Counted from the first letter of the stretch, positions 36,372 to 45,965 are shown. The stretch: 64,000 nucleotides of DNA from an uncultured Clostridia bacterium (GCA_946407735.1 CAMJPL010000001.1:88182-152181), one strand, 5' to 3'. The notes: generated from the sequence alone by a model not told the origin. Numbers and translations: made by a program.

Positions 36372-38675
36372 ATGGAAATGTGCTCAAGATGCCACAAGAG
36401 AGTGGCGGTCGTTTATATATCGCATATCGAGAACGGAAAGACCACGAGCGAGGGCATCTGCCTGAAATGCGCCAAGGAGATCGGCATAACCTCGGTCGGC
36501 GACATCATGAAAAAGATGGGTATCTCCGATGAGGACCTCGACAAGGTCGACGACGAGATGACCGAGATGTTCGGGCAGATGGAGGACGGCGCCGAGACGG
36601 GTATCGCTCCCGCCGACGGCGATATCGAGGAGGGCAGGGCCCCGACGATAGATTTCCAGCGCCTGTTCGGCATGCCCGACCGCTCCCAGCCGCCGCAGCC
36701 TCAGCGCGGAAGGGATCAGAAGAAGGAAAAGGACCGGCCGAAGAGAAAATATATCGACCAGTACTGCCAGTCCCTCAACCGCAAGGCCATGGACGGACGT
36801 CTCGACACTATCGTCGGGCGCGCGAAGGAGCTTGACCGCGTGATCCAGATCCTCTGCCGACGTCAGAAGAACAATCCCTGTCTCATCGGAGAGCCGGGAG
36901 TCGGAAAGACGGCTATCGCGGAGGCGCTTGCCGAGCGGATCGTCGCCGGAAAGGTTCCGTATAAGCTGAAGGATAAGGAGGTCTGCCTCGTCGATCTCAC
37001 CGCCATCGTCGCCGGGACGCAGTTCCGCGGACAGTTCGAGAGCCGCATGAAGGGGCTTATCGAGGAGACGAAGGCGCTCGGGAACATCATACTCGTCATC
37101 GACGAGGTGCATTCCATCGTCGGAGCCGGAGACGCCGAGGGCAGCATGAACGCGGCGAACATCCTGAAGCCGGCGCTGTCGAGAGGCGAGATACAGGTGA
37201 TCGGCGCCACGACACTGAACGAGTACCGCAAGTACATCGAAAAGGATCAGGCTCTCGAGAGGCGATTCCAGCCTGTCATCATCGAGGAGCCGTCGATCGC
37301 CGATTCCGTCGAGATACTCAAGGGTATAAAGAGCTATTACGAGAAGTTCCACGGCATCATCATCCCGGACGACACGCTTTACCGCTGCGTCACTCTGTCC
37401 GAAAGATACATAACCGACCGCTATCTGCCGGACAAGGCCATCGACCTGCTTGACGAGGCGGCGTCGTACAAGTCGCTCCATACTCCCGCCGTTGCGCGGA
37501 AATACGAGCTCGACGCCGAGCTTGAAAAGCTCTCAAAGGAGCAGATGGACCTCGAGTCCTCGGACGAGACCGATCAGGAAAAGCAGCAGGCGAAATACCA
37601 GCGCCTCGCCGACATAAAGGTCGCGACGATCAACGCTCAGAACGAGCTGAAATCTCTCCAGCCGCAGCTCGACGCCGCCCGTCTGACGACGGAGGATCTC
37701 GCCAACGTAATTGAGATATGGACCGGTGTTCCGGCGTCCAATATCACGGAGCATGAGTTCGAGAGGATAGACCGTCTCGGTGAAAGGCTGAAAAACCACA
37801 TCATCGGTCAGGACGCCGCCGTCGACGCGGTCGTCAGGGCGATAAAGCGCAGCCGCGCCGGAGTGGCGTACAAGCGCAAGCCGGTATCGTTCATCTTCGC
37901 CGGACCGACCGGCGTCGGCAAGACCGAGCTCGTGAAGCAGCTGGCGCTCGACCTCTTCGATTCGCCTGAGACGCTGATAAGGCTCGACATGTCGGAGTTC
38001 ATGGAAAAATTCAGCGTGTCGCGCATCATCGGAGCGCCTCCCGGATACGTCGGCTACGACGAGGCGGGACAGCTGACCGAGAAGATACGCCGCAAGCCGT
38101 ATTCGGTGGTGCTGTTCGACGAGATTGAGAAGGCGCATCCTGACGTGCTGAACATCCTTCTGCAGATACTCGACGACGGAAGGATCACCGACAGTCAGGG
38201 AAGAACGGTGAATTTCGAGAATACCGTCATCGTCATGACGACGAACGCCGGATCGGTCAACATCTCCAACCGCGCCGGCTTCGGCGAGGGCGGGGCGGCG
38301 AAGGAGTCGGAGGACCGCACGATGAAGGCGCTCTCCGAGTTCCTGCGGCCTGAGTTCATCAACCGCGTAGACGAGATCATCACCTTCCGCCAGCTCGACG
38401 AGAATGATTTCTCGGCGATCGCCGGAATAATGCTCGGCGAGCTAAAGACGACGCTCGGCGAGAAGGGGATATACTTCCGCTGGACGGACGCCGCCGAAAA
38501 GGCGATAGCGAAGGCCTCGTTCTCAACGAAGTTCGGCGCACGCAATATGCGCCGCTACATTCAGACGCATGTCGAGGATCAGGCGGCGAACATCATTATC
38601 GACGCGAAGGGCGCCCCGATAGCCGGGATCGCCGTCGACGCCGGAGAAGGCGGCCTCATCGTAAAGAGCGTCTGA
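36372..38675 (+). CDS. ATP-dependent Clp protease ATP-binding subunit, ClpE-like (N-terminal zinc ribbon, two AAA+ modules)
   Basis: CSRCHKR...CLKCAKE zinc-ribbon motif replaces the Clp-N domain. D1 has GEPGVGKTAIAE and a short coiled-coil middle domain follows. D2 has FAGPTGVGKTEL. Start could be ATG at 36372 or 36378. Confidence 0.85.
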   Translation: MEMCSRCHKRVAVVYISHIENGKTTSEGICLKCAKEIGITSVGDIMKKMGISDEDLDKVDDEMTEMFGQMEDGAETGIAPADGDIEEGRAPTIDFQRLFGMPDRSQPPQPQRGRDQKKEKDRPKRKYIDQYCQSLNRKAMDGRLDTIVGRAKELDRVIQILCRRQKNNPCLIGEPGVGKTAIAEALAERIVAGKVPYKLKDKEVCLVDLTAIVAGTQFRGQFESRMKGLIEETKALGNIILVIDEVHSIVGAGDAEGSMNAANILKPALSRGEIQVIGATTLNEYRKYIEKDQALERRFQPVIIEEPSIADSVEILKGIKSYYEKFHGIIIPDDTLYRCVTLSERYITDRYLPDKAIDLLDEAASYKSLHTPAVARKYELDAELEKLSKEQMDLESSDETDQEKQQAKYQRLADIKVATINAQNELKSLQPQLDAARLTTEDLANVIEIWTGVPASNITEHEFERIDRLGERLKNHIIGQDAAVDAVVRAIKRSRAGVAYKRKPVSFIFAGPTGVGKTELVKQLALDLFDSPETLIRLDMSEFMEKFSVSRIIGAPPGYVGYDEAGQLTEKIRRKPYSVVLFDEIEKAHPDVLNILLQILDDGRITDSQGRTVNFENTVIVMTTNAGSVNISNRAGFGEGGAAKESEDRTMKALSEFLRPEFINRVDEIITFRQLDENDFSAIAGIMLGELKTTLGEKGIYFRWTDAAEKAIAKASFSTKFGARNMRRYIQTHVEDQAANIIIDAKGAPIAGIAVDAGEGGLIVKSV

Positions 38676-38738
38676 CGCGGCGGACATGCCTATAAAATAT
38701 TCGGAATAAAGCGCTGCTGATCTTTTCTTGAGCAGAAA

Positions 38739-38810
38739 CAGTCTTTATTGAAAAGAGGTGCTCCGGGGGAGGAAAACCTCTTTCTTCAGAAAGAGGAATT
38801 CCTCCACCGG
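38739..38810 (+). repeat. Dispersed arm+hairpin repeat, copy D (degenerate)
   Basis: Arm CAGTCTTTATTGAAAAGAGGTGCT, then hairpin CCGGGGGAGGAAAACCTCTTT-cttcag-AAAGAGGAATTCCTCCACCGG (about 18 of 21 positions paired). Confidence 0.7.
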
Positions 38811-38835
38811 CATTATAATCTGTCAATTCAGTTTT

Positions 38836-41706
38836 ATGTCTGATAAATGGTATGACCATACCCCGCAGCAGATCGCGGAAAGGCTCGGCACGGATATGTC
38901 GGGCGGACTTTCCCGGGCCGAGGCGGACAGCCGTTTGAAGAAAAACGGCGGCAATATCATATATCCGGTGCCTAAGGGAGCCTTCAGGGCATATCTGGGG
39001 CATGTGATGACCGACAGCATGTCGATACTGCTGCTTCTGACCGCCGTCATACAGGCGGCGCTCGAGCACAGCGCGGCGGCGGTCGCTCTCATCGTATGCC
39101 TCGCCGTAAATTACATCGCGGCCGTGCTCACATACATAAAAGCGCAGAAGGTGCTTGAGGACACGGCCTCGGGAGCGCTCCCGGTCGCCCGCGTCATGCG
39201 CGACGGCATGCTGTATCTCGTCAGGGCGGAGGATCTTGTCGTCGGCGACGTCATCGTCGTCAGCTCGGGAGACGTCGTCCCCGCCGACTGCCGTCTCATA
39301 GAGTCGAATGACCTGTACGCCTTCGAGGCTCCGGTCACCGGCGTGCCGAAGGCGCAGAAAAAGGACGCCAACTTCCGGGACTTCCATGAGCTCGAGCCGT
39401 CGCAGCAGAAGAACATGCTGCTGGCGTCTACGATCCTCACCCGCGGCAGCGGAAGGGCTATGGTCGTCGCGTCGGGGCAGGACAATCTCGTCTGCCGCGA
39501 GAAAAAGGCTCAGTCGCTTGTGCGGCATGAGGAGCTCGCGGTGGTATCCACCCTTAAAAAGTACTGCTCCGGCTGGAGCCTGTGCATGATCGTGCTCGTC
39601 TTCCTCCTGACGATAGCCGACGCCGTCACCGGGATGCGCACGAGAGGGCTTTTCGACGTATTCCTCACCGGACTTTCGCTCGCCGTCGCGTCGATGAGCG
39701 AGCTTTACACCGCCTTCGGGCATATCATAATCGCCTGCGGCGTCTACAACGCCGTGCATCAGTTCGACAAGCCGGACAAGGGAGCGCTGATACGCAACGT
39801 CGGCTGCATCGACAAGCTCAAGGACGTCTCGACGGTGATAATCCCGAAGGATGGGTTCCTGATGTCGGGCGGGCAGTCGGTCGAATCGGTATATACCGGC
39901 GGCGTGGAGTACACCGACGACGCGCCGAACTTCGGCAAGCGCTGCTCGATGCTGCTCCGCTTCGCCGTCATCTCGACGGCGCTGTACGGGAAAAACAAGC
40001 TGTCTGTGACCGGCGTCGATCCTGACGTGATACATACCGCCGAGGAGAAGGCGATAGTCGCCGAGGCCGAGAAGCACAAGCTCTACAACGTCGCGCTCGA
40101 CCGCGATTACCCGATACTCGATCATATGAGCGCCGGAGGGCCGAGCCGCTTCGAGACGTCTCTCGTCGGCAATTTCGCCGTCGAGAACCTTGGCAACGGC
40201 ATAGACGGCATATCCGACGACTCGCGCCCGCATAAGGAGGGCGAGGATTATCTCGTCTGCTGCCGCGGCGAGCTGACGGCGATACTCGCCAGATGCCGCA
40301 CATACACACAGAACGGCGCGATGGTGCCGCTCGATACCGCCGCCTCGGCCGACATAAGGGCGTCCGCACTCGCGAGGGGCAGGGCGGCGTACCGCGTCGT
40401 CGGCATAGCCACGAAGACCACGTCCGACAACGATCTTACGAGGATAGAGAACCTTCAGAGCGATCTCAACTTCGAGGGCTTCCTCGCTATACGCGAGCCT
40501 ATCCTGCCGGGAGCGGCGAGAAACATGGCGAAGCTCCGCGCGGCCGGGATAAGCGTCATCATGCTCTGCGACGATCTGTCCGAGAATAATCTGCAGATCG
40601 CCAAGACCGTCGGCATCGCCAACAACAGCACCGACGTGATGCAGTCGAAGCAGATGGACAGGACGTCCGACGGCATGCTCAGGACGAATATCCGCTCATA
40701 CCGAGTCTATGAAGCTCTCAGGCTCGACCAGAAAAAGAAGCTGATCGATTTCCTTCGCGCCGAGGGTGAGACCGTAATGTTCATGGGCGGAAAGCTCGAC
40801 GAGATCGGTCTCATGAGGGAAGCCGACGTCGGCGTCGGGAAATCGGTGACGATATCCATCAAGGGCGCGAGAGGCGAGCTGAGGCGGAACCGCAACGAGA
40901 CGGAGTATATCCGCACCGGCAAGGAGGATCCGAAGCTCGGCTGCGAGGCGCTGAAATTCGCCGCCGACGTCATCGTGTCGGAGAGCGACGACGAGGGCAA
41001 CGGCAGCTTCAACGCTCTTGTCGGGGCGATAGCCTCGGCGAAGGTGATATACCAGAACATCCTCCGCATGGTGAGATATCTCATCACGTCGCAGCTGGCG
41101 AGACTGTTCATCGTGCTCTACTCGGTCATCGTCCGATATGAGATGATGTCTCCGGTGCAGATCATCTTTACCGGTCTTATCGTCGACTTCGCGGCGGTCA
41201 TGATCATCGCCTTCGAGCGCCCGTCTCACGATATACTGCGACTGGAGGAGAACACCTCCGGCAGTCTCAGCCGTCCGCTCGCGCACAATATCACTTGCGT
41301 CGCCTTCGGGCTCTTCTGGGCCGGAGCCGGCATCGCCGCACCCCTGCTCGCCGACGCTACGGTGTTCGCTCTCGAGCCGGCCCAGACCGGCGCGGCGGTG
41401 TTCATCGGCTTCCTGCTCGCGCAGGCGGTCGTGCTGAGCGAGACGATGAAAAGCGGCAGCGTGTTCATGCCGAACGTGAAGTTCAACTTCATCTACGCCG
41501 GAGTGATCGGCGCGCTGATCGCCTTCGTTGCCGTCGCTATGCTGACGCCGCTCGGACAGGCCTTCGGGATAACCGTGCTTCCCGTCGCCGGATGGCTCTG
41601 CGCGCTCATCCCACCCGCCGTGCTGCTGCTCGTTTATGAGATATACAAGGTCCTCTACGCAGTCTACCTCTCCGCCAGAAGATGGAAGGAAAAACGGGAG
41701 ATGTGA
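38836..41706 (+). CDS. P-type ATPase homolog (P2-like architecture) with degenerate catalytic motifs
   Basis: N-terminal cation-ATPase domain (GLSRAEADSRLKKNGGN), A-domain VVGDVIVVSSGDVVPADCRL and 10 TM-like segments. However, TGVP replaces TGES and IIPKDGFLMS replaces ICSDKTGTLT. MLCDD replaces TGD and GGKLDE replaces GDGxND. Start taken at MSDKWYDH (38836). Confidence 0.8.
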   Translation: MSDKWYDHTPQQIAERLGTDMSGGLSRAEADSRLKKNGGNIIYPVPKGAFRAYLGHVMTDSMSILLLLTAVIQAALEHSAAAVALIVCLAVNYIAAVLTYIKAQKVLEDTASGALPVARVMRDGMLYLVRAEDLVVGDVIVVSSGDVVPADCRLIESNDLYAFEAPVTGVPKAQKKDANFRDFHELEPSQQKNMLLASTILTRGSGRAMVVASGQDNLVCREKKAQSLVRHEELAVVSTLKKYCSGWSLCMIVLVFLLTIADAVTGMRTRGLFDVFLTGLSLAVASMSELYTAFGHIIIACGVYNAVHQFDKPDKGALIRNVGCIDKLKDVSTVIIPKDGFLMSGGQSVESVYTGGVEYTDDAPNFGKRCSMLLRFAVISTALYGKNKLSVTGVDPDVIHTAEEKAIVAEAEKHKLYNVALDRDYPILDHMSAGGPSRFETSLVGNFAVENLGNGIDGISDDSRPHKEGEDYLVCCRGELTAILARCRTYTQNGAMVPLDTAASADIRASALARGRAAYRVVGIATKTTSDNDLTRIENLQSDLNFEGFLAIREPILPGAARNMAKLRAAGISVIMLCDDLSENNLQIAKTVGIANNSTDVMQSKQMDRTSDGMLRTNIRSYRVYEALRLDQKKKLIDFLRAEGETVMFMGGKLDEIGLMREADVGVGKSVTISIKGARGELRRNRNETEYIRTGKEDPKLGCEALKFAADVIVSESDDEGNGSFNALVGAIASAKVIYQNILRMVRYLITSQLARLFIVLYSVIVRYEMMSPVQIIFTGLIVDFAAVMIIAFERPSHDILRLEENTSGSLSRPLAHNITCVAFGLFWAGAGIAAPLLADATVFALEPAQTGAAVFIGFLLAQAVVLSETMKSGSVFMPNVKFNFIYAGVIGALIAFVAVAMLTPLGQAFGITVLPVAGWLCALIPPAVLLLVYEIYKVLYAVYLSARRWKEKREM

Positions 41707-41723
41707 GAGAGGAAATATGATAA

Positions 41724-41753
41724 AACCGTCCCATCGTCGGTGGGACGGTTTTT
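41724..41753 (+). terminator. Rho-independent terminator after the ATPase homolog
   Basis: CCGTCCCA-tcgtcgg-TGGGACGG followed by TTTTT. Confidence 0.8.
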
Positions 41754-41756
41754 CAT

Positions 41757-41891
41757 TTGACGTATTTCAATGTCTCCGCCGATTATCTTCTCGATCTGAG
41801 TGAGGGGAAATATATCGACGTCAGCGATCTTGACGATGATGCCGCCGCTCATATCAGAATGATCATAGACGATATCAGAGGCAGAAAATGA
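41757..41891 (+). pseudogene. 3' remnant of an XRE-family HTH gene
   Basis: In-frame translation reads LTYFNVSADYLLDLSEGKYIDVSDLDDDAAAHIRMIIDDIRGRK*. FNVSADYLL is the typical end of an HTH_3 domain. There is no start codon and no helix-turn-helix portion upstream. Confidence 0.4.
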
Positions 41892-41892
41892 A

Positions 41893-41928
41893 CAGAACAG
41901 GGGACCGTTCCGGTCTCCTGTTCTTTTA
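41893..41928. terminator. Hairpin terminator shared by pnp (minus strand) and the remnant ORF (plus strand)
   Basis: AGAACAGGGGACCG-tt-CGGTCTCCTGTTCT with T-rich tracts on both strands. Confidence 0.65.
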
Positions 41929-41942
41929 TATGATGTTATTTC

Positions 41943-44132
41943 TTATTCTTCTCTTCCGCGTCTCTGGCTGCGGGGAGTGTAGGCGTTCTTTCTGGCATTA
42001 GGATCGACGACAGGCATCTTCGGCACCTCGGCGGCCTTTTCGGCGGCGGTGAGGGCGTCCTTGCGGGAGAGGTTCATTCTGCCCTTCTCGTCGACGCCGA
42101 GATACTTCACGCGCATCGTATCGCCGACGTCGCAGATGTCCTCGACCTTCTCGACGCGGTAATCGGCGAGCTTGGAGATGTGGACCATGCCCTCCTTGCC
42201 GGGAGCGAACTCGACGAAAGCACCGATCGGGATGATGCGGGTGACGGTGCCCTCATAGATGGCGCCCTCCTCCGGCTCGAAGACGATGTTCTCGATGATC
42301 TTCTGCGCCAGCAGGCCGCTGTCGCGGTTGACGGCGGCGATATAAACGGTGCCGTCGTCCTCGATCTCGATCTTGGCTCCGGTGTCGGCGGTGATCTTCT
42401 GGATGACCTTGCCGCCGGTGCCGATGACGTCGCGGATCTTGTCGGGATCGATCTTCATGGTGATCATCTTCGGGGCGTACTTCGAAACCTCCGGTCTCGG
42501 AGACGGGATGGCCTTGAGGATGACGTTGTCGATGATATAGTCGCGGGCGGCGTGGGTGGTGGTGAGAGCCGCCCAGATGATCTCCGGCGTGAGTCCGTCG
42601 ATCTTGAGGTCCATCTGGATCGCGGTGATGCCCTTATGAGTTCCGGCCACCTTGAAGTCCATATCGCCGTAGAAGTCCTCGAGACCCTGGATGTCGATCA
42701 TGGTCATCCAGCGCTCGCCCTCGGTGATAAGACCGCAGGAGATGCCGGCGACGGGGGCCGAGATCGGCACGCCGGCGTCCATGAGAGCCAGCGTCGAGCC
42801 GCAGACAGAACCCTGAGAGGTCGAGCCGTTGGAGGAAATGACCTCGGAGACGCAGCGAATCGCGTACGGGAAATCGTCTACCGACGGGAGGACCGGACGG
42901 AGGGCTCTCTCGGCGAGAGCGCCGTGACCGATCTCACGTCTGCCCGGGCTGCGGCTGGCCTTGGCTTCGCCTGTGGAATAGCCGGGCATGTTGTAGTGGT
43001 GCATGTATCTCTTCTCGGTCTCCTCGTCTATGCCGTCGAGCATCTGCGCCTCGTCTATCGAGCCGAGGGTGCAGGAGGTGAGGACCTGAGTCTGGCCGCG
43101 GGTGAACATTCCGGAGCCGTGGGCTCTCGGCAGAAGTCCGACCTCGGCGGCGAGCGGACGGATCTGATCCATCTTTCTGCCGTCGACGCGCTTCTTGTCG
43201 GTGAGGAGCCACTCGCGGACGATGTGCTTCTGTATCTGGTAGAGTATCTGATCGAACATCATGTGCTGATCGGGATACTTCTCGTCGTAGGCGGCGTAGA
43301 CGCGCTCGATGATGGGCTGGAGTCTGGCGTCGCGGACGCTCTTGTCGTCGGTGTCGAGGGCGAGCTTGACGTCCTCCTTCACCATGGCCTCGACCTCGTC
43401 CATGAGAGCCTGATCGACGGCTCCGGACGGGTAATCGAACTTCGGCTTGCCGATCTGGGCTTGGATGTCCTTTATGAAGCGGCAGAGCTTCTTTACTTCC
43501 TCATGCGCGAGCATGATGGCGTCGAACATCTCCTTGTCGCCGACTTCCTTGGCGCCGGCCTCGATCATGACGACCTTTTCCTCGGATCCGGCGACGGTGA
43601 GCTCAAGAACGCTCTCGGCGCGCTCGGCCTGAGTCGGGTTGATGATGTATTTTCCGTCTACCATTCCGACGAAGACTCCGGCGATCGGGCCGTTCCACGG
43701 GATATCGGAGATGGTGAGGGCGATGGACGCGCCGATCATGCCGGTGATCTCGGGCGAGCAGTCCTGATCGACGCTCATGACGAGCAGCGACAGAACGACG
43801 TCGTTGCGCAGATCCTTCGGGAAGAGCGGGCGGATCGGGCGGTCGATGACGCGCGAGGTGAGGATGGCTTTTTCGGTCGGGCGTCCCTCTCTCTTGTTGA
43901 AGGAGCCGGGTATATGGCCGACGGCGTAGAGTCTTTCCTCGAAGTCGACGGACAGCGGCAGGAAATCTATGCCGTCGCGCGGCATTTTGGAAGCGGTGGC
44001 GGTGGCGAGTATCGCGGTATCGCCGTATTTGATGAAGCAGGAGCCGTTGGCCAGACCTGCCATCTTGCCGGTCTCGACGGTCAGTTTGCGGCCGGCGAGC
44101 TCGGTCTCAAAGACGCGGTAATTTTCAAACAT
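41943..44132 (-). CDS. pnp: Polyribonucleotide nucleotidyltransferase (PNPase)
   Basis: Two RNase PH domains plus KH and S1 domains (GTVTRIIPIGAFVEF). N-terminus MFENYRVFETELAGRKLTVETGKMA. Confidence 0.95.
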   Translation of the reverse strand: MFENYRVFETELAGRKLTVETGKMAGLANGSCFIKYGDTAILATATASKMPRDGIDFLPLSVDFEERLYAVGHIPGSFNKREGRPTEKAILTSRVIDRPIRPLFPKDLRNDVVLSLLVMSVDQDCSPEITGMIGASIALTISDIPWNGPIAGVFVGMVDGKYIINPTQAERAESVLELTVAGSEEKVVMIEAGAKEVGDKEMFDAIMLAHEEVKKLCRFIKDIQAQIGKPKFDYPSGAVDQALMDEVEAMVKEDVKLALDTDDKSVRDARLQPIIERVYAAYDEKYPDQHMMFDQILYQIQKHIVREWLLTDKKRVDGRKMDQIRPLAAEVGLLPRAHGSGMFTRGQTQVLTSCTLGSIDEAQMLDGIDEETEKRYMHHYNMPGYSTGEAKASRSPGRREIGHGALAERALRPVLPSVDDFPYAIRCVSEVISSNGSTSQGSVCGSTLALMDAGVPISAPVAGISCGLITEGERWMTMIDIQGLEDFYGDMDFKVAGTHKGITAIQMDLKIDGLTPEIIWAALTTTHAARDYIIDNVILKAIPSPRPEVSKYAPKMITMKIDPDKIRDVIGTGGKVIQKITADTGAKIEIEDDGTVYIAAVNRDSGLLAQKIIENIVFEPEEGAIYEGTVTRIIPIGAFVEFAPGKEGMVHISKLADYRVEKVEDICDVGDTMRVKYLGVDEKGRMNLSRKDALTAAEKAAEVPKMPVVDPNARKNAYTPRSQRRGREE

Positions 44133-44429
44133 GCGGCAGTTTCTCCTTATAAATTATCTGAACCTCGGAGGGGGCCTGCCCTCCTTAAAAATCCGGCTGA
44201 GCCGGTATCCCGCGGTCCGGGCGGACAATATCCGTTTTCCTCACATACGGAAAAGGGCGTCCGGCAGAGGGATCCTCAAAAAACATCCGCATGTCAGTTT
44301 AGCACTTTAATACGTTCCGCTCCATCACTTTCGGGAGAGAGCGGCGGCGCGGGGCATATTGAACTGCTAAGCCGTAATGCGGATCTGATTTCGCTCCGCC
44401 CGGCTTTTACGCCGGGCGGAGTATTGTGA

Positions 44430-44696
44430 TTACTTACGCAGACCGAGTCTTTCGACTATCGAGCGGTAACGGGTGATATCGTTCTTCTGAAGATATCCGA
44501 GAAGGGAACGGCGCTTGCCGACCATCATAAGAAGGCCGCGGCGGCTGTGGTTGTCCTTCGGGTTTCTCTTGAGATGCTCGGTGAGCTGATTGATTCGGGT
44601 GGTGAGGACAGCGATCTGTACCTCGGGAGATCCGGTGTCGCCCTCGTGGGTGGCGAACTTCTGCATGATCTCCTGCTTTTCTTCCTTGAGAAGCAT
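44430..44696 (-). CDS. rpsO: 30S ribosomal protein S15
   Basis: 88 aa with [38 protein letters not shown]. Confidence 0.95.
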   Translation of the reverse strand: MLLKEEKQEIMQKFATHEGDTGSPEVQIAVLTTRINQLTEHLKRNPKDNHSRRGLLMMVGKRRSLLGYLQKNDITRYRSIVERLGLRK

Positions 44697-44843
44697 GACT
44701 TTTTACCTCATAATATTTGGTTACATGCCGCCGGCGCAGCGGGGGCCGTGAGGATCGCCCTTGACCGGTCCGGCGGTGGCGTTTTCGCCGGCATGTTATA
44801 TCCGGCGCGGCCCGGCTGATATATTGAGCCGAACCGACAATAT

Positions 44844-44871
44844 ATTATATCACAACCGCCGTCTTTGATAA
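44844..44871 (-). promoter_or_regulatory. Candidate rpsO promoter (TTATCA-16bp-TATAAT, minus strand)
   Basis: -35 complement at 44866-44871 and -10 complement at 44844-44849. Gives a ~140-nt GC-rich leader. Confidence 0.45.
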
Positions 44872-44981
44872 AGAGGGAAAAGGAATAATTTACAATTAAT
44901 TTACCCGCGCTGCTCAATGAGTCTTTCGCGGTTTATCGCACCCATAATAACAAAATATACATGGAGTTACCCGTTTGTCTA

Positions 44982-45010
44982 TTGAAAAAAACATTCCGAT
45001 ATAGTATAAT
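44982..45010 (+). promoter_or_regulatory. SigA-type promoter (TTGAAA-17bp-TATAAT) of nfnAB
   Basis: -35 at 44982-44987, 17-bp spacer, -10 at 45005-45010. Confidence 0.55.
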
Positions 45011-45083
45011 ATTATATTATGTGAGCCGCATCAGGCTCGTTATCCATGTTCGCCGGCCGCCTCGGGCGGCGGAGAGTTGCATT

Positions 45084-45962
45084 ATGTTCAGAATAAAAGA
45101 AGCCTATCCTCTTACCGACATAACGGTATATATGAAGATCGAGGCTCCGGACGTCGCGAAAAAGGCGGGACCGGGGCAGTTTATCATCCTCCGCGCCGAC
45201 GAGACCGGCGAGAGGGTGCCGTTCACCATCTCCGAAGCCGATCCGGCCGAGGGTACGGTATCGATAATCTTTCAGAAGGTCGGTCTTTCGACCCTCAAGC
45301 TCGGCGAGAAGAAGCCGGGCGACATGATCGCCGATTTCGTCGGGCCGCTCGGCAACGTCTCGCATCTCGACGGCTATAAATCCGCCTGCGTCATCGGCGG
45401 CGGACTCGGCTGCGCCATCGCCCTGCCTCAGGCGAAGTATCTAAGCGATCACGGCGCCAATGTCGACATGATCGCCGGATTCAGGAACAAGGACATAATA
45501 ATCCTTGAGCCGCAGATGAAAAGCGTCTGCGACACGCTGACGATAATGACCGACGACGGCTCGAACGGCAACAAGGGCCTCGTCACCGATGCCCTCAAGG
45601 CGAAGATAGCCGAAGGAAAGAAATACGACGTCGTCATCGCCATCGGCCCGCCGATAATGATGAAATTCGTCTCGCTCCTGACGAAGGAGTACGGGATAAA
45701 GACCATAGTCTCGCTCAACCCGATCATGATCGACGGCACCGGCATGTGCGGCGGCTGCCGCGTGACCGTGGGCGGCGAGAGAAAGTTCGCCTGCGTCGAC
45801 GGCCCCGATTTCGACGGGCATCTCGTCGATTTCGACGAGCTGATGAAGCGGAACGCCACCTACCGCGATATCGAGGGCGAGTGCTGCAATCTGTACAAGA
45901 TGGGTCAGCAGCGTCAGAGCGGACCTTCGAAGCCGTCGCAGCCGGAAGGAAAGGAGTCCTGA
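45084..45962 (+). CDS. nfnA: NfnA-type subunit (sulfide/dihydroorotate dehydrogenase-like FAD/NAD-binding protein with a C-terminal [2Fe-2S] site)
   Basis: PyrK-like fold with C-terminal CGGCRV...FACVDGP cluster motif. Paired with a GltD-like partner. GGAGAG SD before the ATG at 45084; the track start at 44961 is rejected. Confidence 0.8.
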   Translation: MFRIKEAYPLTDITVYMKIEAPDVAKKAGPGQFIILRADETGERVPFTISEADPAEGTVSIIFQKVGLSTLKLGEKKPGDMIADFVGPLGNVSHLDGYKSACVIGGGLGCAIALPQAKYLSDHGANVDMIAGFRNKDIIILEPQMKSVCDTLTIMTDDGSNGNKGLVTDALKAKIAEGKKYDVVIAIGPPIMMKFVSLLTKEYGIKTIVSLNPIMIDGTGMCGGCRVTVGGERKFACVDGPDFDGHLVDFDELMKRNATYRDIEGECCNLYKMGQQRQSGPSKPSQPEGKES

Positions 45963-45965
45963 ACA

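Noticed and set aside
38656-40233. 525-aa ORF antisense to the P-type ATPase homolog.
   Set aside because: The sense strand has clear P-type architecture. The antisense product has no motifs and starts inside repeat copy D.
41664-41852. 62-aa minus-strand ORF between the ATPase homolog and pnp.
   Set aside because: It overlaps the ATPase terminator. The region is better explained by the plus-strand HTH-gene remnant.
42180-44429. 749-aa ORF antisense to pnp.
   Set aside because: PNPase on the minus strand is unambiguous. The antisense product is low-complexity and rich in Asp, Gly, Leu and Arg.
44133-44429. 297-nt rpsO-pnp spacer considered as a possible independent ncRNA.
   Set aside because: It is most simply the rpsO 3' hairpin (44393-44420) plus the pnp 5' leader. 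This arrangement is well known for this gene pair, and no separate promoter was seen.
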